Positions 38,353-48,539 of a stretch of 64,000 nt of DNA are shown here, piece after piece. Origin of the DNA: a virus; the IMG/VR virus record IMGVR_UViG_3300013006_000020, positions 1-64,000 of that record; one strand, given 5' to 3'. Within the stretch, counting starts at the first letter, position 1. Each line of letters starts with the position of its first letter. The notes beneath the pieces are model-generated. The model worked only from the letters and a program-made list of their open reading frames with translations, was not told the origin of the DNA and searched no databases. Position numbers and translations under genes: made by a program.

Positions 38353-41300
38353 TGCCAGCAGACTCAACTATAGGATCACCAATAAAATTTCTTGGTTGTT
38401 CAGTTGTTAGCTTTAGTTGCACTCTTGGATTTAATGGATCGTCTTCAACACTTGATGTACAGTTGGTAGAAGACAATGGTGAAAGTTTTACTGGACATGG
38501 AACTCTTAATTATTCAAGCACAGAATCAGATCTAATTAAATCCATCAAAGGAGGTTCTGAATTTCTGTCAGGTAATCCAGGTAGCTATCATCTTTTTAAA
38601 AATGGAAATTTTAAATTTGGTGGCATAGTAACTTCTTGGAGAAGAACGCATTCACCATCAGGAAGATTAATAAATGTACAACTTACTGACCCAAGATCCA
38701 TACTTAAAGACATTCCAGTAATCACCGATCACTGCCCAGCTTTTAATAGCGGAGTAACCCAATGGGATGGGTACAACGTAGTAACACCACTTAATACATT
38801 TGCTAATGCTGTTGCGGCAAACTGGACTACTGATGGAATGATTTGGCGCAATATTTTGGACACAAGACTTCAGCAGCCAAAATATAATTTTTATGGCAAA
38901 GAATACAAGATAGCTTTTGACGACACATTTACTCTTAGAATTCCAGTAAATTACAGAGTTCAAATACAAAATGCAAGCGTAGAAGATTTTATCAATCGCG
39001 TTGCCAAAGATAATAATATTGATTGGTATGCCGTTTGTATTTCTGAAGAATCAGATTTAAAAATAATATCTATTCGCGGAATAAGCAGAGTAAACCAATA
39101 CGCTCTTACAAATGATTCAATAAACACATTTATAAGCTCCCTTTCAGATAAGCTTTCATCGTATGAAGTTGGTAGAGAGTTAAGATCAGATCCAACTAAG
39201 GCAATATTTATTGGAGATAACAAGCGAACGCTTCAAATCAATACAGATTTAAGTCAGGTTTATCACATTGGTGGTGATGGATACATATGCGATCAGCCAT
39301 TTATTGATCTATCATCAATACATTCAGAATCTTCATCTTTGATTGCTGATTTGCCAACCGTAACACTAGGAGCAATAAGATCCACAAAAACAAATGGTGC
39401 TGTTACTGGTTCCACAGTTGGAAACCCAACAACTAACAAAAACAAATCAGCAGTAACCAAAAAGGGTTATATTGCTACGGAAAGAATACTTCGCGCCGCC
39501 TTGCACAGCAAAGAATCTTGGGCCACAGCGATTTGGTACGCTTTTAGAAATATATATACTGATGGAATTACATATACAACTTATAGCAGCTTCCACAAAA
39601 ACAAATTTATAGCTGGTACACACGGAGGTGTTGAACAAACAATACCATTTGGTACTTTAAATTCAATACCTCTTAAAATGGGTATTTACTCACCACCATT
39701 CAATAGAGATGCGCCGTCATTCTCCGATGTACCCACTACGTTTGTAATCGGCTATATTCCAAGTCCACAAACAGAAGCACTAAAAGAAGCTTGCTACCAA
39801 GCAACCCTTAGGGTCGCTCAAGAATATTATGGAAAGGTGTTTGTTGGATTTATAGGTGACGATCCAGCTTTTACATCTATAACTGGTTCTGATACGGGAG
39901 GCGATCAAGGATCATATACATATTCTGGAAAAAAAATACCGCTTACATATGAAATTTGCGATGCTGCCCCAGACCTAAGGGATCCACAAAACGATTCACT
40001 TGTTCAAAGTTTATACGGTCTGCATCTTAATACAGACTCTGGTGCGTTTAAAAACGAACAGGGTTTATTTAGACAATATTGTGAAATAGACTTTGGGACC
40101 CTGTCAACAAACAGACCTGGAGCAAAATTAGAAAATTTAGATCCAGCTTCGTATTTAAAAATAAATAGAGCAAACACTTCATTTCCTGCAGACACATCCA
40201 ATTGTTACTTATTAAGATCTGACGTTTCTATTGAGCAATATAAATTTGATCCTAGATATTTTATTGCAACAATAAACGAGCCATTCCATGTTGGATTTGA
40301 TCCGTTTCGAGTTTGTTCTTTTACAGTTTACTCTTACTCTAATGATCAGACAACCATAGAGGGAAATCCACGACTGCTAGGCACCACTAAAACTGTTGAT
40401 TCAACATTTAATGCGATACCATCGTTGACAACTAAAAAAGACAAAAGTATAGGCACTCAAGAATTTTTAGCCTGGATATACAGTGATTACACTATTAGTG
40501 CCGTTACAGATGATATAATACCTTCCACTAAGGTAATTTCAGCCAAAAAATATATGGAGATGATTAATAGTTCATCTAAAATTTGGCAAGAAAAAATAGG
40601 TTTAGCCGAAAGACGATACACTCCTGCAATGGGTGCTGGATTTAAAGTTGCTATTCCATTAAAATGGAGATTTTTAAAGTATGGACCATTTGTTGGTACT
40701 AACACCAATATAAACTACAATTTACGACCAACACAGGTTATTGAAGATACTAGTCTTTCCCCATGGACTTATGGAAACATTGGCAATATGAATTCTGCTG
40801 GTAATATTCTTGCTGACAATTCTTCTGGACAGGTCTCGACTGTTGGATATGCCTCTATAACCGTGGCTGGATTGCCAGAGTATTCAATTGGTTATGAAAT
40901 ATCATCTGGTGGTGCTGTTGTTTCAAATCTAGCCGATATATCTCTATCATATGGCAGCAGCGGCTTTACCACAACATATAGGTTTAAAACCTTCTTTGGT
41001 CCAACTGGTTTCAGAAGAAAGCAAGAAATAGATTCTGAAAGATCCAATACTTTTAGGCTCGCTGATGCAAAGAAAGAGTTCATAAAGCTAGATTCAATAG
41101 TTAAAGATTATCAACCAGATTCAGGTAAAAAGTTTATCTATATCGATAGATCAAAATCGACACCAGCAACAGTGATAACTACAGGTCAGGATAAAAATAC
41201 TTCAGTCGATACAAGCTATCTAATGTGCAGTACATCGCCAGGAGCAGAAAAGCCCAATGTTTCTCTCATCTCAGGTGGTGCAATCAAAGAAATGGTAAAC

Positions 41301-41549
41301 GCTGATGTTAATGGCACATACATTGCATCTGCTTACGCTGGATTAAGTGAGATTTTTACACCAGTTGGGGGTGACTTACCTGAAAACCTAAGAGCATCTA
41401 ACACTATAATACCGAGTATACATGGTATACCGATTGGTGGCGGTGTAGCATTTACATCAACAGCCGCACCAGCATCAGTGGAATCTAAATATATACCAGT
41501 GTTTGAGGCTAAGGAATTTGAGGGAGAGGTATCTCTACCAAAGGCATAA
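38352..41549 (+). CDS. putative tail tip/hub protein
   Basis: 1065 aa; N-terminal STLDVQLVED...FGGIVTSW..VQLTDPR hub-like pattern. Confidence 0.6.
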   Translation: MPADSTIGSPIKFLGCSVVSFSCTLGFNGSSSTLDVQLVEDNGESFTGHGTLNYSSTESDLIKSIKGGSEFLSGNPGSYHLFKNGNFKFGGIVTSWRRTHSPSGRLINVQLTDPRSILKDIPVITDHCPAFNSGVTQWDGYNVVTPLNTFANAVAANWTTDGMIWRNILDTRLQQPKYNFYGKEYKIAFDDTFTLRIPVNYRVQIQNASVEDFINRVAKDNNIDWYAVCISEESDLKIISIRGISRVNQYALTNDSINTFISSLSDKLSSYEVGRELRSDPTKAIFIGDNKRTLQINTDLSQVYHIGGDGYICDQPFIDLSSIHSESSSLIADLPTVTLGAIRSTKTNGAVTGSTVGNPTTNKNKSAVTKKGYIATERILRAALHSKESWATAIWYAFRNIYTDGITYTTYSSFHKNKFIAGTHGGVEQTIPFGTLNSIPLKMGIYSPPFNRDAPSFSDVPTTFVIGYIPSPQTEALKEACYQATLRVAQEYYGKVFVGFIGDDPAFTSITGSDTGGDQGSYTYSGKKIPLTYEICDAAPDLRDPQNDSLVQSLYGLHLNTDSGAFKNEQGLFRQYCEIDFGTLSTNRPGAKLENLDPASYLKINRANTSFPADTSNCYLLRSDVSIEQYKFDPRYFIATINEPFHVGFDPFRVCSFTVYSYSNDQTTIEGNPRLLGTTKTVDSTFNAIPSLTTKKDKSIGTQEFLAWIYSDYTISAVTDDIIPSTKVISAKKYMEMINSSSKIWQEKIGLAERRYTPAMGAGFKVAIPLKWRFLKYGPFVGTNTNINYNLRPTQVIEDTSLSPWTYGNIGNMNSAGNILADNSSGQVSTVGYASITVAGLPEYSIGYEISSGGAVVSNLADISLSYGSSGFTTTYRFKTFFGPTGFRRKQEIDSERSNTFRLADAKKEFIKLDSIVKDYQPDSGKKFIYIDRSKSTPATVITTGQDKNTSVDTSYLMCSTSPGAEKPNVSLISGGAIKEMVNADVNGTYIASAYAGLSEIFTPVGGDLPENLRASNTIIPSIHGIPIGGGVAFTSTAAPASVESKYIPVFEAKEFEGEVSLPKA

Positions 41550-41550
41550 A

Positions 41551-42927
41551 ATGGAAATACCAAAAGATACACACGGATTAGTACCTGGCGACACTTCGTT
41601 CTCAAATCTAAGAAATAGGCCCGTCCCACAGGGAAATGCGCCTGGAACAATTAATCCATTTACAGCTAGATTTATTGGTTTAAGTGGGCCAGTAGCTATT
41701 GCTGGATGGGGATATGATATTTTTGGTCGCCCAGCCCCTGGTGCTGTTAACCTAGCCGAATTAAATGGAAGAGATGGGCAATCTAGAGACTATAGTCAAA
41801 CAAGATTTATAACTAAAGATGCTGGTGGGGCAAAATTTCCTCTTGGTGGAGAATCACTTCCCACACACCATGTCGGCGGTATGTTGGATGTAAGATACGA
41901 TCCGCGACACGGATTATGGAGAACCAATCATTTTTTCCTAGCTGAAATTACCGGAGTTGTTTCTACCGGAAATAGTATATTCTGTAATCGTTATGGTTGG
42001 CGTGAAATAGAAATTCATGAAATTAATCTTGCAGACCCAACAACAAAAAATTTTCCAATTAACACGTTTGAATTTCCATACCCAGCAAGATCATACGATG
42101 TCACTAATGGAATACAAAACTATGCAGTGAATCTAGCTGAAGCATCTGCAAATCAATACGACCGTATTTATCACAAAATACCATCTGGCACGATTGTACA
42201 GATGCGATCAATAAATGTTTTAAAAGCTAAGAATAGTAATGATCCTGTTCTTAATGATTATCAACCGTTGTATGTATTTGAACAAGCTGGATACAATAGT
42301 GTTTTCATAAAAATACTTGGATACGATGGCACTTATCCAGCAACGCTTTCTGAGTGGGATGCGTATCCAGTTGGTGATATAAACAATTACAATAGTGGTC
42401 GTATGCCCAATAGATGGATTTATCAGGGTGTAATAGTACAGTTTAGTGGTGGAAATTTTCAAGATAGTTCTTCTAGAGCAGGAATAACACCGTTTGGCGT
42501 CTTTGTAGAGGATGAATCAATACCATCTACGTATAGAAAAGTTCAATGTATAAATCTTATCGAGCTTGGAAACCCACCTGGCAAAAGAGGCATGATATGT
42601 CCTGGTGTTGTTACTGCTACAGGAAATTCAATAGCACCAAGTAATGTTTGGCCTAATGGTGTTCCGGGCAATATAACATTTACAGGTGGTACAAAGTCCG
42701 CATACCCCAAGGGTTTTGCCGTTCAACCAGTTTGCAGTGGAACAATTGTGGAGGCTCGTAGACTTCCAAATCCAAACGGTGTTGCAAATTACGGACCAAT
42801 ATATTATTTTCAAGTAGAAAACGCTCACGATGGTGGATGCGCAAGCGGAGTTTGGCCCTTCTACGGTCATACAACCCAAGCCCCAATGGAATATAGTTCT
42901 GCAAACGTTGTGAGACCTGGTGTATAA
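41551..42927 (+). CDS. putative tail protein
   Basis: Start moved to ATG 41551 directly after upstream stop. Confidence 0.6.
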   Translation: MEIPKDTHGLVPGDTSFSNLRNRPVPQGNAPGTINPFTARFIGLSGPVAIAGWGYDIFGRPAPGAVNLAELNGRDGQSRDYSQTRFITKDAGGAKFPLGGESLPTHHVGGMLDVRYDPRHGLWRTNHFFLAEITGVVSTGNSIFCNRYGWREIEIHEINLADPTTKNFPINTFEFPYPARSYDVTNGIQNYAVNLAEASANQYDRIYHKIPSGTIVQMRSINVLKAKNSNDPVLNDYQPLYVFEQAGYNSVFIKILGYDGTYPATLSEWDAYPVGDINNYNSGRMPNRWIYQGVIVQFSGGNFQDSSSRAGITPFGVFVEDESIPSTYRKVQCINLIELGNPPGKRGMICPGVVTATGNSIAPSNVWPNGVPGNITFTGGTKSAYPKGFAVQPVCSGTIVEARRLPNPNGVANYGPIYYFQVENAHDGGCASGVWPFYGHTTQAPMEYSSANVVRPGV

Positions 42928-42933
42928 TACAAT

Positions 42934-43578
42934 ATGGCAACAGTTACTTTTTACGCAAACGAAGGCATAGGCGCAATAAACAGCGGAAGCCAAAACTTAA
43001 ACGGCTCAGGAATTGGTTTTTTCGGTAATGGCGGCGCTTTTGCTAGTGTTCGCATTGGAGAATACCAAGACAGAACATTTGTTTGTGACGCCAATGGCAC
43101 AGCAGTTGGTGCGGAAATAGATAACGTAAAATATGTTAATGCAACTGGCGCTCTTATTAGCCGTGGCGGATCAACTGATGCGTCTTTACCATTGGTTAAT
43201 ATTCCGAATTATAAATCCACACTTAATATAAGATTTGACCACGGTTCTGCTGTTAGAACGCAGAACGCTAAAGTTCAAATTTACGATAGATCTAACGTTA
43301 ATAACGCTCCATCTGGAGTAATTTGTCAGGCAGCAGAAATAGTTCACCCTGAGGTATCTCAAGCTGTTGTAGGCTCTGGAGATACAACTTGGATTTCTTG
43401 CAGCGGATCTACCCCATATGTTGATTTGATTGCAAGCCCAGGAATTAGCGGTATTCGTGTTTCTGGATCTAATACAACGCAAATACAACACGACTGGTAT
43501 GTCTGCATATCCGCTTCGCCTACTGGTATTGGATCACATACTAACTTTGGTATTTATTTTACGACAGAGTATCTATAA
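42934..43578 (+). CDS. putative virion protein, paralogue 1
   Basis: GTGTAT 8 nt upstream; TLNIRF...HDWYVCISASP. Confidence 0.7.
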   Translation: MATVTFYANEGIGAINSGSQNLNGSGIGFFGNGGAFASVRIGEYQDRTFVCDANGTAVGAEIDNVKYVNATGALISRGGSTDASLPLVNIPNYKSTLNIRFDHGSAVRTQNAKVQIYDRSNVNNAPSGVICQAAEIVHPEVSQAVVGSGDTTWISCSGSTPYVDLIASPGISGIRVSGSNTTQIQHDWYVCISASPTGIGSHTNFGIYFTTEYL

Positions 43579-44249
43579 TGCCCACATTTGCCCTATTTGG
43601 TCAGTTTGGAAATAATAAAGTCCAACAAATAGGAAACGAATTCATCTCCAAAAGCTCTTTTAGAAGCGCACTTGGTATGGGTATAATTAACGGAGATGGT
43701 AGCATTGGCTACCAGATAATTGGTAATTATCAAGAGGCCACATTTATATCAACAGCTGATTCTGTATCGGTTCTAGATAAAATTAATGATGTAAGATATA
43801 AAACCTCTAGCACCGCAGATGCTGTAAGTCCGAACATTGGCCCGTATAAAGATATAGAGGTTAGATATATACCAAACAGGGCGGCTACACTTAACTTAAG
43901 GATTTCAGATTTAACGCCCATTCGCGTTTCTTCTTGCAGGATGTATTTTCATGAAGGATCTTCTACAGGTGCGGCTAATTCTTTTTATAATACTCAATGG
44001 TATGAGTGCATACACACGAGTACAGATGAAACGCTTCCTGGATCAGGGGCCTCTACTTGGTCATCAATGCCAGCTAGCTCCACAGGATCTATAGTACTCA
44101 GAAGCAGCCCTGGTCCCACTGGATCAAACCCAACTGGAAGCACTGCCTTTGCAACAAGGCACGATTGGTATTTATGCCTGAGCGTAACTCCAGCTAAATC
44201 ATTTCCTCAATCCTCCATCAACATTTCGTGTATGATAGACTATGTGTGA
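43578..44249 (+). CDS. putative virion protein, paralogue 2
   Basis: TLNLRI...HDWYLCLSVTP. Confidence 0.7.
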   Translation: MPTFALFGQFGNNKVQQIGNEFISKSSFRSALGMGIINGDGSIGYQIIGNYQEATFISTADSVSVLDKINDVRYKTSSTADAVSPNIGPYKDIEVRYIPNRAATLNLRISDLTPIRVSSCRMYFHEGSSTGAANSFYNTQWYECIHTSTDETLPGSGASTWSSMPASSTGSIVLRSSPGPTGSNPTGSTAFATRHDWYLCLSVTPAKSFPQSSINISCMIDYV

Positions 44250-44258
44250 GGTGTAATA

Positions 44259-44468
44259 ATGGAAGATAGTGGATGGCCCGAATATCGTAAATTAGTGCTC
44301 AGCGAGCTGCAAAGATCAAATGATCGTCTTTCTCGTATAGAAAACGACATTGGTGAAATCAAAGAAAAACTGGCAATACTGCAAACAAAAGTATACTTTA
44401 CATCTAGCTCGATCGCTTTTATGATTTCAACGATGGTGGCCTTTTTCACTACGTCCATGAGGGGCTAA
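44259..44468 (+). CDS. small coiled-coil plus TM protein (holin/XhlA-like)
   Basis: RLSRIENDIGEIKEKL then hydrophobic C-terminus; GAGGTG RBS. Confidence 0.55.
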   Translation: MEDSGWPEYRKLVLSELQRSNDRLSRIENDIGEIKEKLAILQTKVYFTSSSIAFMISTMVAFFTTSMRG

Positions 44469-44469
44469 A

Positions 44470-45063
44470 ATGCAAGAAAATAAATCAATAGCTAAATTAA
44501 CAGAACTTTTAGTCCAGCAAAAACTCATAGCAAATGATGCTCAACTAGGCGTAGTTATGCCAAATCCATATGACACTCCACCTATTACTATTCCAGAAAT
44601 GGCGCCATTGTTTCCAGGAGTAAAGCCATGCGGATCTACCGAGCAAAATGATTCGTGCGCTGCCTGCGATGAGCTTGCTAGAATAACCGCTCGTATCGAA
44701 AGGGTATCAGATCCTATTGTAATAGGAAGGCTAATAAAAGCAAAAAACGCAATTGGAGATATGTGCGCTCTTATTCAGGGGTGTTCAACACAGCAAAGCG
44801 GAAATATAGCACCATATCAAGACGGTACAGTGTGTTTGTGTTCTGCATTTATGCAATTAATTACATCCTTTATAGGCACCGTTAATGCCGCTTTAGTTCA
44901 ACCTCAATGGAGTGACAAATCAAGAAAGGCATTGACAAAAACGCTTAACTCTCAAAAAGATACATTCCGCAGGACTATAACTGAATGCTATAGACGTTAT
45001 AGAATCTCAGATAATAAAACATCTCAAAATGAGATTTTAAAAATAATTAATACACACTCATGA
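44470..45063 (+). CDS. leader-bearing Cys-rich hypothetical protein
   Basis: MQENKSIAKLTELL leader, Pro linker, 8 Cys. Confidence 0.75.
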   Translation: MQENKSIAKLTELLVQQKLIANDAQLGVVMPNPYDTPPITIPEMAPLFPGVKPCGSTEQNDSCAACDELARITARIERVSDPIVIGRLIKAKNAIGDMCALIQGCSTQQSGNIAPYQDGTVCLCSAFMQLITSFIGTVNAALVQPQWSDKSRKALTKTLNSQKDTFRRTITECYRRYRISDNKTSQNEILKIINTHS

Positions 45064-45081
45064 GTATTGAGCAAAAAAGAT

Positions 45082-45561
45082 TTAGTCTCCACATCCAGCA
45101 AATGTGCTTGAGATTATATTTTTGCAAATCGTCTCAATAACAAATGCCTCAGCTACAGTTATTCGATGACCAGCCCAAAAACGCTGGTCTCCTTTTTTTG
45201 AGCTTACCTCAAAAGCAAATCCTTCGTCAAGCTTATAAAGCTTTAATATAACATTACCGCTTTTATTTTGATGAAAAAATCCCTTACCCTTTCCAGACTC
45301 ATCCGCCGCTCCAAGAAATGCCTTTCTTCCTGAAAGCACACACGCTATTTCAGCAGCCTCCTCTATATCAAGCTTTACTGTTTCCGAATCATCCTTCCAA
45401 GAAAAACGATTGTTTCCATCACCGTCTTTTTGGGCTTCTTGCTTCGCTATAGTCAGAAAAAAGTTGCATGTCTTATGATTCCATTCCCAACAAGACGCAC
45501 ACCCCTTTGTGTGATCTTTCATGTTTGGCTTGTATATACGATAAGAAGAGTTGTATTGCAT
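45082..45561 (-). CDS. putative ssDNA-binding protein (Whirly/PC4-like)
   Basis: Duplicated beta-beta-beta-alpha pattern (VKLDIEEAAEI / HRITVAEAFVI); next to SSAP. Confidence 0.45.
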   Translation of the reverse strand: MQYNSSYRIYKPNMKDHTKGCASCWEWNHKTCNFFLTIAKQEAQKDGDGNNRFSWKDDSETVKLDIEEAAEIACVLSGRKAFLGAADESGKGKGFFHQNKSGNVILKLYKLDEGFAFEVSSKKGDQRFWAGHRITVAEAFVIETICKNIISSTFAGCGD

Positions 45562-46382
45562 TAGAAGATTACCTCACCTTTAATTTGATCTGGAACTGTC
45601 TGCCCACCGTTTTCTGGTCCACGACTAAAACCATTTAGCACATTAATAACTTCATGCGATTGCTTATACGTTAGTGCGTGAATACTTTCAGCCTCAAGCC
45701 CACAGAATTTAATCAGCTTATTCTGATCAATTCCCATTCTGTTGCACATTGTATTAATAGCAATTTTTGCACTGTCAGAGATCGGCTTGTTATCATCAAT
45801 CATCATCGGATCCATTTCGTCCTTTGATGCGCTTTGATTTACTTCCTCGAGTGTGTAAACCTTCACAAGACCAATTGCCTTTCGAAGAGCGCGAGCTTCC
45901 GCCTTTGTAGCAGCTGTTGCTACAGCAGCATTGCAGTATGGAAATGGTGTATTGTCTGGGTTTACATCAAAAACATCGCTGACATATTCTGGACTAAATC
46001 CAGAAACCCCATGTCTACGGAATGTAATAGAGCAACGAACAGTTGCAGTTCTATCTGAAATAGTTGGTGACTTTAACACATCAATATCAACAGATGTAAT
46101 CTTACCAACTAATTTCTTAAAAATTCTGCGAAGGCCATCGCATGTTGGCATGCCATCCTTGCATTCTTTGTCAGTTAGCTGAGACATTACAAAATCTGAC
46201 CATTTTGGATCAGTGTCATCAAGCACACCAGTATCTGTTTTAACCGCATCGGGAACCTTTGTAGGCTCAGCATCTACCATCATTGCCTCTAGATCAGCCA
46301 TTGGAAGATCCGAAATCAATGCTTCATTCTTACCAAGTTCAACCAGTTTATTAATTAGTGCTTTTTTGTTCTTTCGTGGCAT
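45561..46382 (-). CDS. ssDNA-annealing recombinase (Rad52/RecT-like SSAP)
   Basis: ATVRCSITF...ATAATKAEARALRKAIGL..YTLEE. Confidence 0.6.
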   Translation of the reverse strand: MPRKNKKALINKLVELGKNEALISDLPMADLEAMMVDAEPTKVPDAVKTDTGVLDDTDPKWSDFVMSQLTDKECKDGMPTCDGLRRIFKKLVGKITSVDIDVLKSPTISDRTATVRCSITFRRHGVSGFSPEYVSDVFDVNPDNTPFPYCNAAVATAATKAEARALRKAIGLVKVYTLEEVNQSASKDEMDPMMIDDNKPISDSAKIAINTMCNRMGIDQNKLIKFCGLEAESIHALTYKQSHEVINVLNGFSRGPENGGQTVPDQIKGEVIF

Positions 46383-46896
46383 ATTGTAATATCCTTATAT
46401 AGTCCTCTCCTGATTGTGGGAGTATGATCGCTGCTTTTCTATACATACCAGAGTATCTTGAATCAAATACTTGCTTGATGTATTCGTTTGGAAATATTAC
46501 AAGATCAGCTGATGAAAAAATATTTTCACTTGTGATATGTTCAATTTTCCAATCTTCCATGTCAGTTACCATTAGAATCAATGGCTTGGCTAAATTTATA
46601 TTTGATTTAACCGCATTAAATGCATTATAAGAAAAGCACAGGGTGGGTCCGTATATCGCACATAAATACGAAGCCGAAAAAACTGGAAATGATGGTACTG
46701 ATATTGTCGCAGTATCACTTAGGGTGAACAGATTAAATGATATTTTCTTAGATGTGGCCTCTGATGCAAACTTATTTATTTCATAGTATTTTTGAGTCAT
46801 ACAACCATCTAAAACAAAATTTAGATTGGCTCTCTTGTAAAGAGATCCTAGGAAAAATGTCTCATCAATACAATTTTCATTCATTACTGCTGTCAT
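46351..46896 (-). CDS. hypothetical protein (glycosyltransferase-like fragment?)
   Basis: ADLVIFPNEYIKQ resembles GT-B N-domain. Confidence 0.5.
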   Translation of the reverse strand: MTAVMNENCIDETFFLGSLYKRANLNFVLDGCMTQKYYEINKFASEATSKKISFNLFTLSDTATISVPSFPVFSASYLCAIYGPTLCFSYNAFNAVKSNINLAKPLILMVTDMEDWKIEHITSENIFSSADLVIFPNEYIKQVFDSRYSGMYRKAAIILPQSGEDYIRILQYATKEQKSTN

Positions 46897-46897
46897 T

Positions 46898-47572
46898 TTA
46901 TCTCCTGAGCATTGCGTGCTCTTTGTTTATGTCTTCTGAGCGAGAAACAACTGTTTTGTTTTGTCCATGTAAATAATAAGTAAAAAGCGGCATTGGTATT
47001 CTAAGACACATATAGTTTGCCGCAGATATTCGCATCCAGTAATCGTAGTCCTCAATTATTTTGATTGCTTCATTAAAGTAGCCAACTGTGTTTATAATGT
47101 CTCGTTTGATAAACGAATTTGTTGACACAATACAGTGCTGTTTAAGAATAGAAGGATCAAAATCCCTCTTTGCAGTATAAAACATTTTCTGTTCATTCAC
47201 CTCGATATAATCGGAATAGACCAATCCAACCTCTGAACCAAACTCTAAGTATTTTATGCTAAGCTCCGCTTTTTGTGGAGCATATTCATCATCAGCATCA
47301 AGAAAACCTATGTATTTTCCCGATGAGTTTACCATGCCAGCGTTTCTTGCGCTTGCAGTTCCTCCATTAGGTTTTTTGATAAGCTTGATATCGTGAGTCT
47401 TGTTTTTAGAGATTATATTCTGAGCGATAAGAAGCGAGTTGTCTTTACTGCCATCATCAACAATGATAATTTCATACTCTGATGGATTAAGAGTTTGCCT
47501 CATAGCACTGCTAACAGACCGCTCAAGAAAATGACCCTGGTTATAATTTGGTATGATTATAGAGCATTTCAT
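46898..47572 (-). CDS. glycosyltransferase family 2
   Basis: SIIIPNYN, IIVDDGSKD, NGGTASARNAG, FLDADD, EDYDYW. Confidence 0.95.
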   Translation of the reverse strand: MKCSIIIPNYNQGHFLERSVSSAMRQTLNPSEYEIIIVDDGSKDNSLLIAQNIISKNKTHDIKLIKKPNGGTASARNAGMVNSSGKYIGFLDADDEYAPQKAELSIKYLEFGSEVGLVYSDYIEVNEQKMFYTAKRDFDPSILKQHCIVSTNSFIKRDIINTVGYFNEAIKIIEDYDYWMRISAANYMCLRIPMPLFTYYLHGQNKTVVSRSEDINKEHAMLRR

Positions 47573-48096
47573 ATTACTGCAACACGCTCCGTTTCACGAT
47601 TGAAAAGCTCTTCCTCGCTCATATCTTCGTATCTATAAATATTAAACGCTCCGTATTGCGAGAATCCAGGATCTGCAGATCTATGAAGTATTGGCTTTTT
47701 ATTTGTGGACAATGCTGAGATCAAATCATTAATTTTGTGAGCATACCTTTCATTTGACCATACGCAATGATCAAATCCAGCCTTTTTGTAAGGCATTTTT
47801 TGACTTTTCAAGTAATCATTCCATATAATGAATATTGCTGATTCAACGCGCTCCATTGTTGATGTCATGTTTGTATCTTTAAAGAAAATTTCTGAAATTC
47901 TTACAAATCTGACGTTTTTATAGTCGTTGTATTTTGAGCGCTTACAATCAAGCTCATCACCAGAGATTCCAATATCAACAAAAATATACTCGTACTCTAG
48001 ATTTATCTCAATTGTTTTTTTGCACTCAGCAGTTGTTCCAAAGTACATTGGTCCATTTCTGTTCTCTGTCAGAAAAATACAAATTACTGGTTTCAT
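47569..48096 (-). CDS. hypothetical protein
   Basis: Start moved to ATG 48096 (ATGA overlap with upstream stop). Confidence 0.6.
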   Translation of the reverse strand: MKPVICIFLTENRNGPMYFGTTAECKKTIEINLEYEYIFVDIGISGDELDCKRSKYNDYKNVRFVRISEIFFKDTNMTSTMERVESAIFIIWNDYLKSQKMPYKKAGFDHCVWSNERYAHKINDLISALSTNKKPILHRSADPGFSQYGAFNIYRYEDMSEEELFNRETERVAVI

Positions 48097-48539
48097 GTCT
48101 TCTTTGCCTCCACGTTTAAAACCCATTGGTGCGGACCATACCATGTTTTTGTGGGTTTAAACCCTGCGACTGACAGTGCTTCTACAAAAGACTGCTTATC
48201 AAAGAAAACCAAATACCCGCTTAATATTGAATTAAAAGTGTCTCTATCTATTGTCCCAGCAGATAGCGCATTTGACATGGCCTCAATATCAATGCATTTT
48301 GCCTTTATTAAGCATTCGCTAGATGAAAAGGAAGACCATGATTTAAGTACCTCTTGGTATCCAGCTTGACTTTTTTCTAGCGCCCCTGGGTGGCAAATAA
48401 TTTCATATATTTTGTCTTCGCCACTTACACTATTAATAACGTAATCGTTAACAACGTGGTCTGTTTTGAAAGAACTATTCTTTTCAAGATTTATGTATCC
48501 GTCTAGATAGTTTTCGTTGTGATTTATGTTCAGTTTCAT
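48093..48539 (-). CDS. degenerate class I methyltransferase-like protein
   Basis: MKLNI...GYINLE...LSVAGF...LNVEAKK resembles phage MTase_11 but lacks the GCG motif. Confidence 0.45.
   Translation of the reverse strand: MKLNINHNENYLDGYINLEKNSSFKTDHVVNDYVINSVSGEDKIYEIICHPGALEKSQAGYQEVLKSWSSFSSSECLIKAKCIDIEAMSNALSAGTIDRDTFNSILSGYLVFFDKQSFVEALSVAGFKPTKTWYGPHQWVLNVEAKKT

Noticed and set aside
45050-45055. Antisense GTGTAT at the end of 44470-45063
   Set aside because: No start codon at the usual spacing; a hexamer is expected by chance many times in 64 kb
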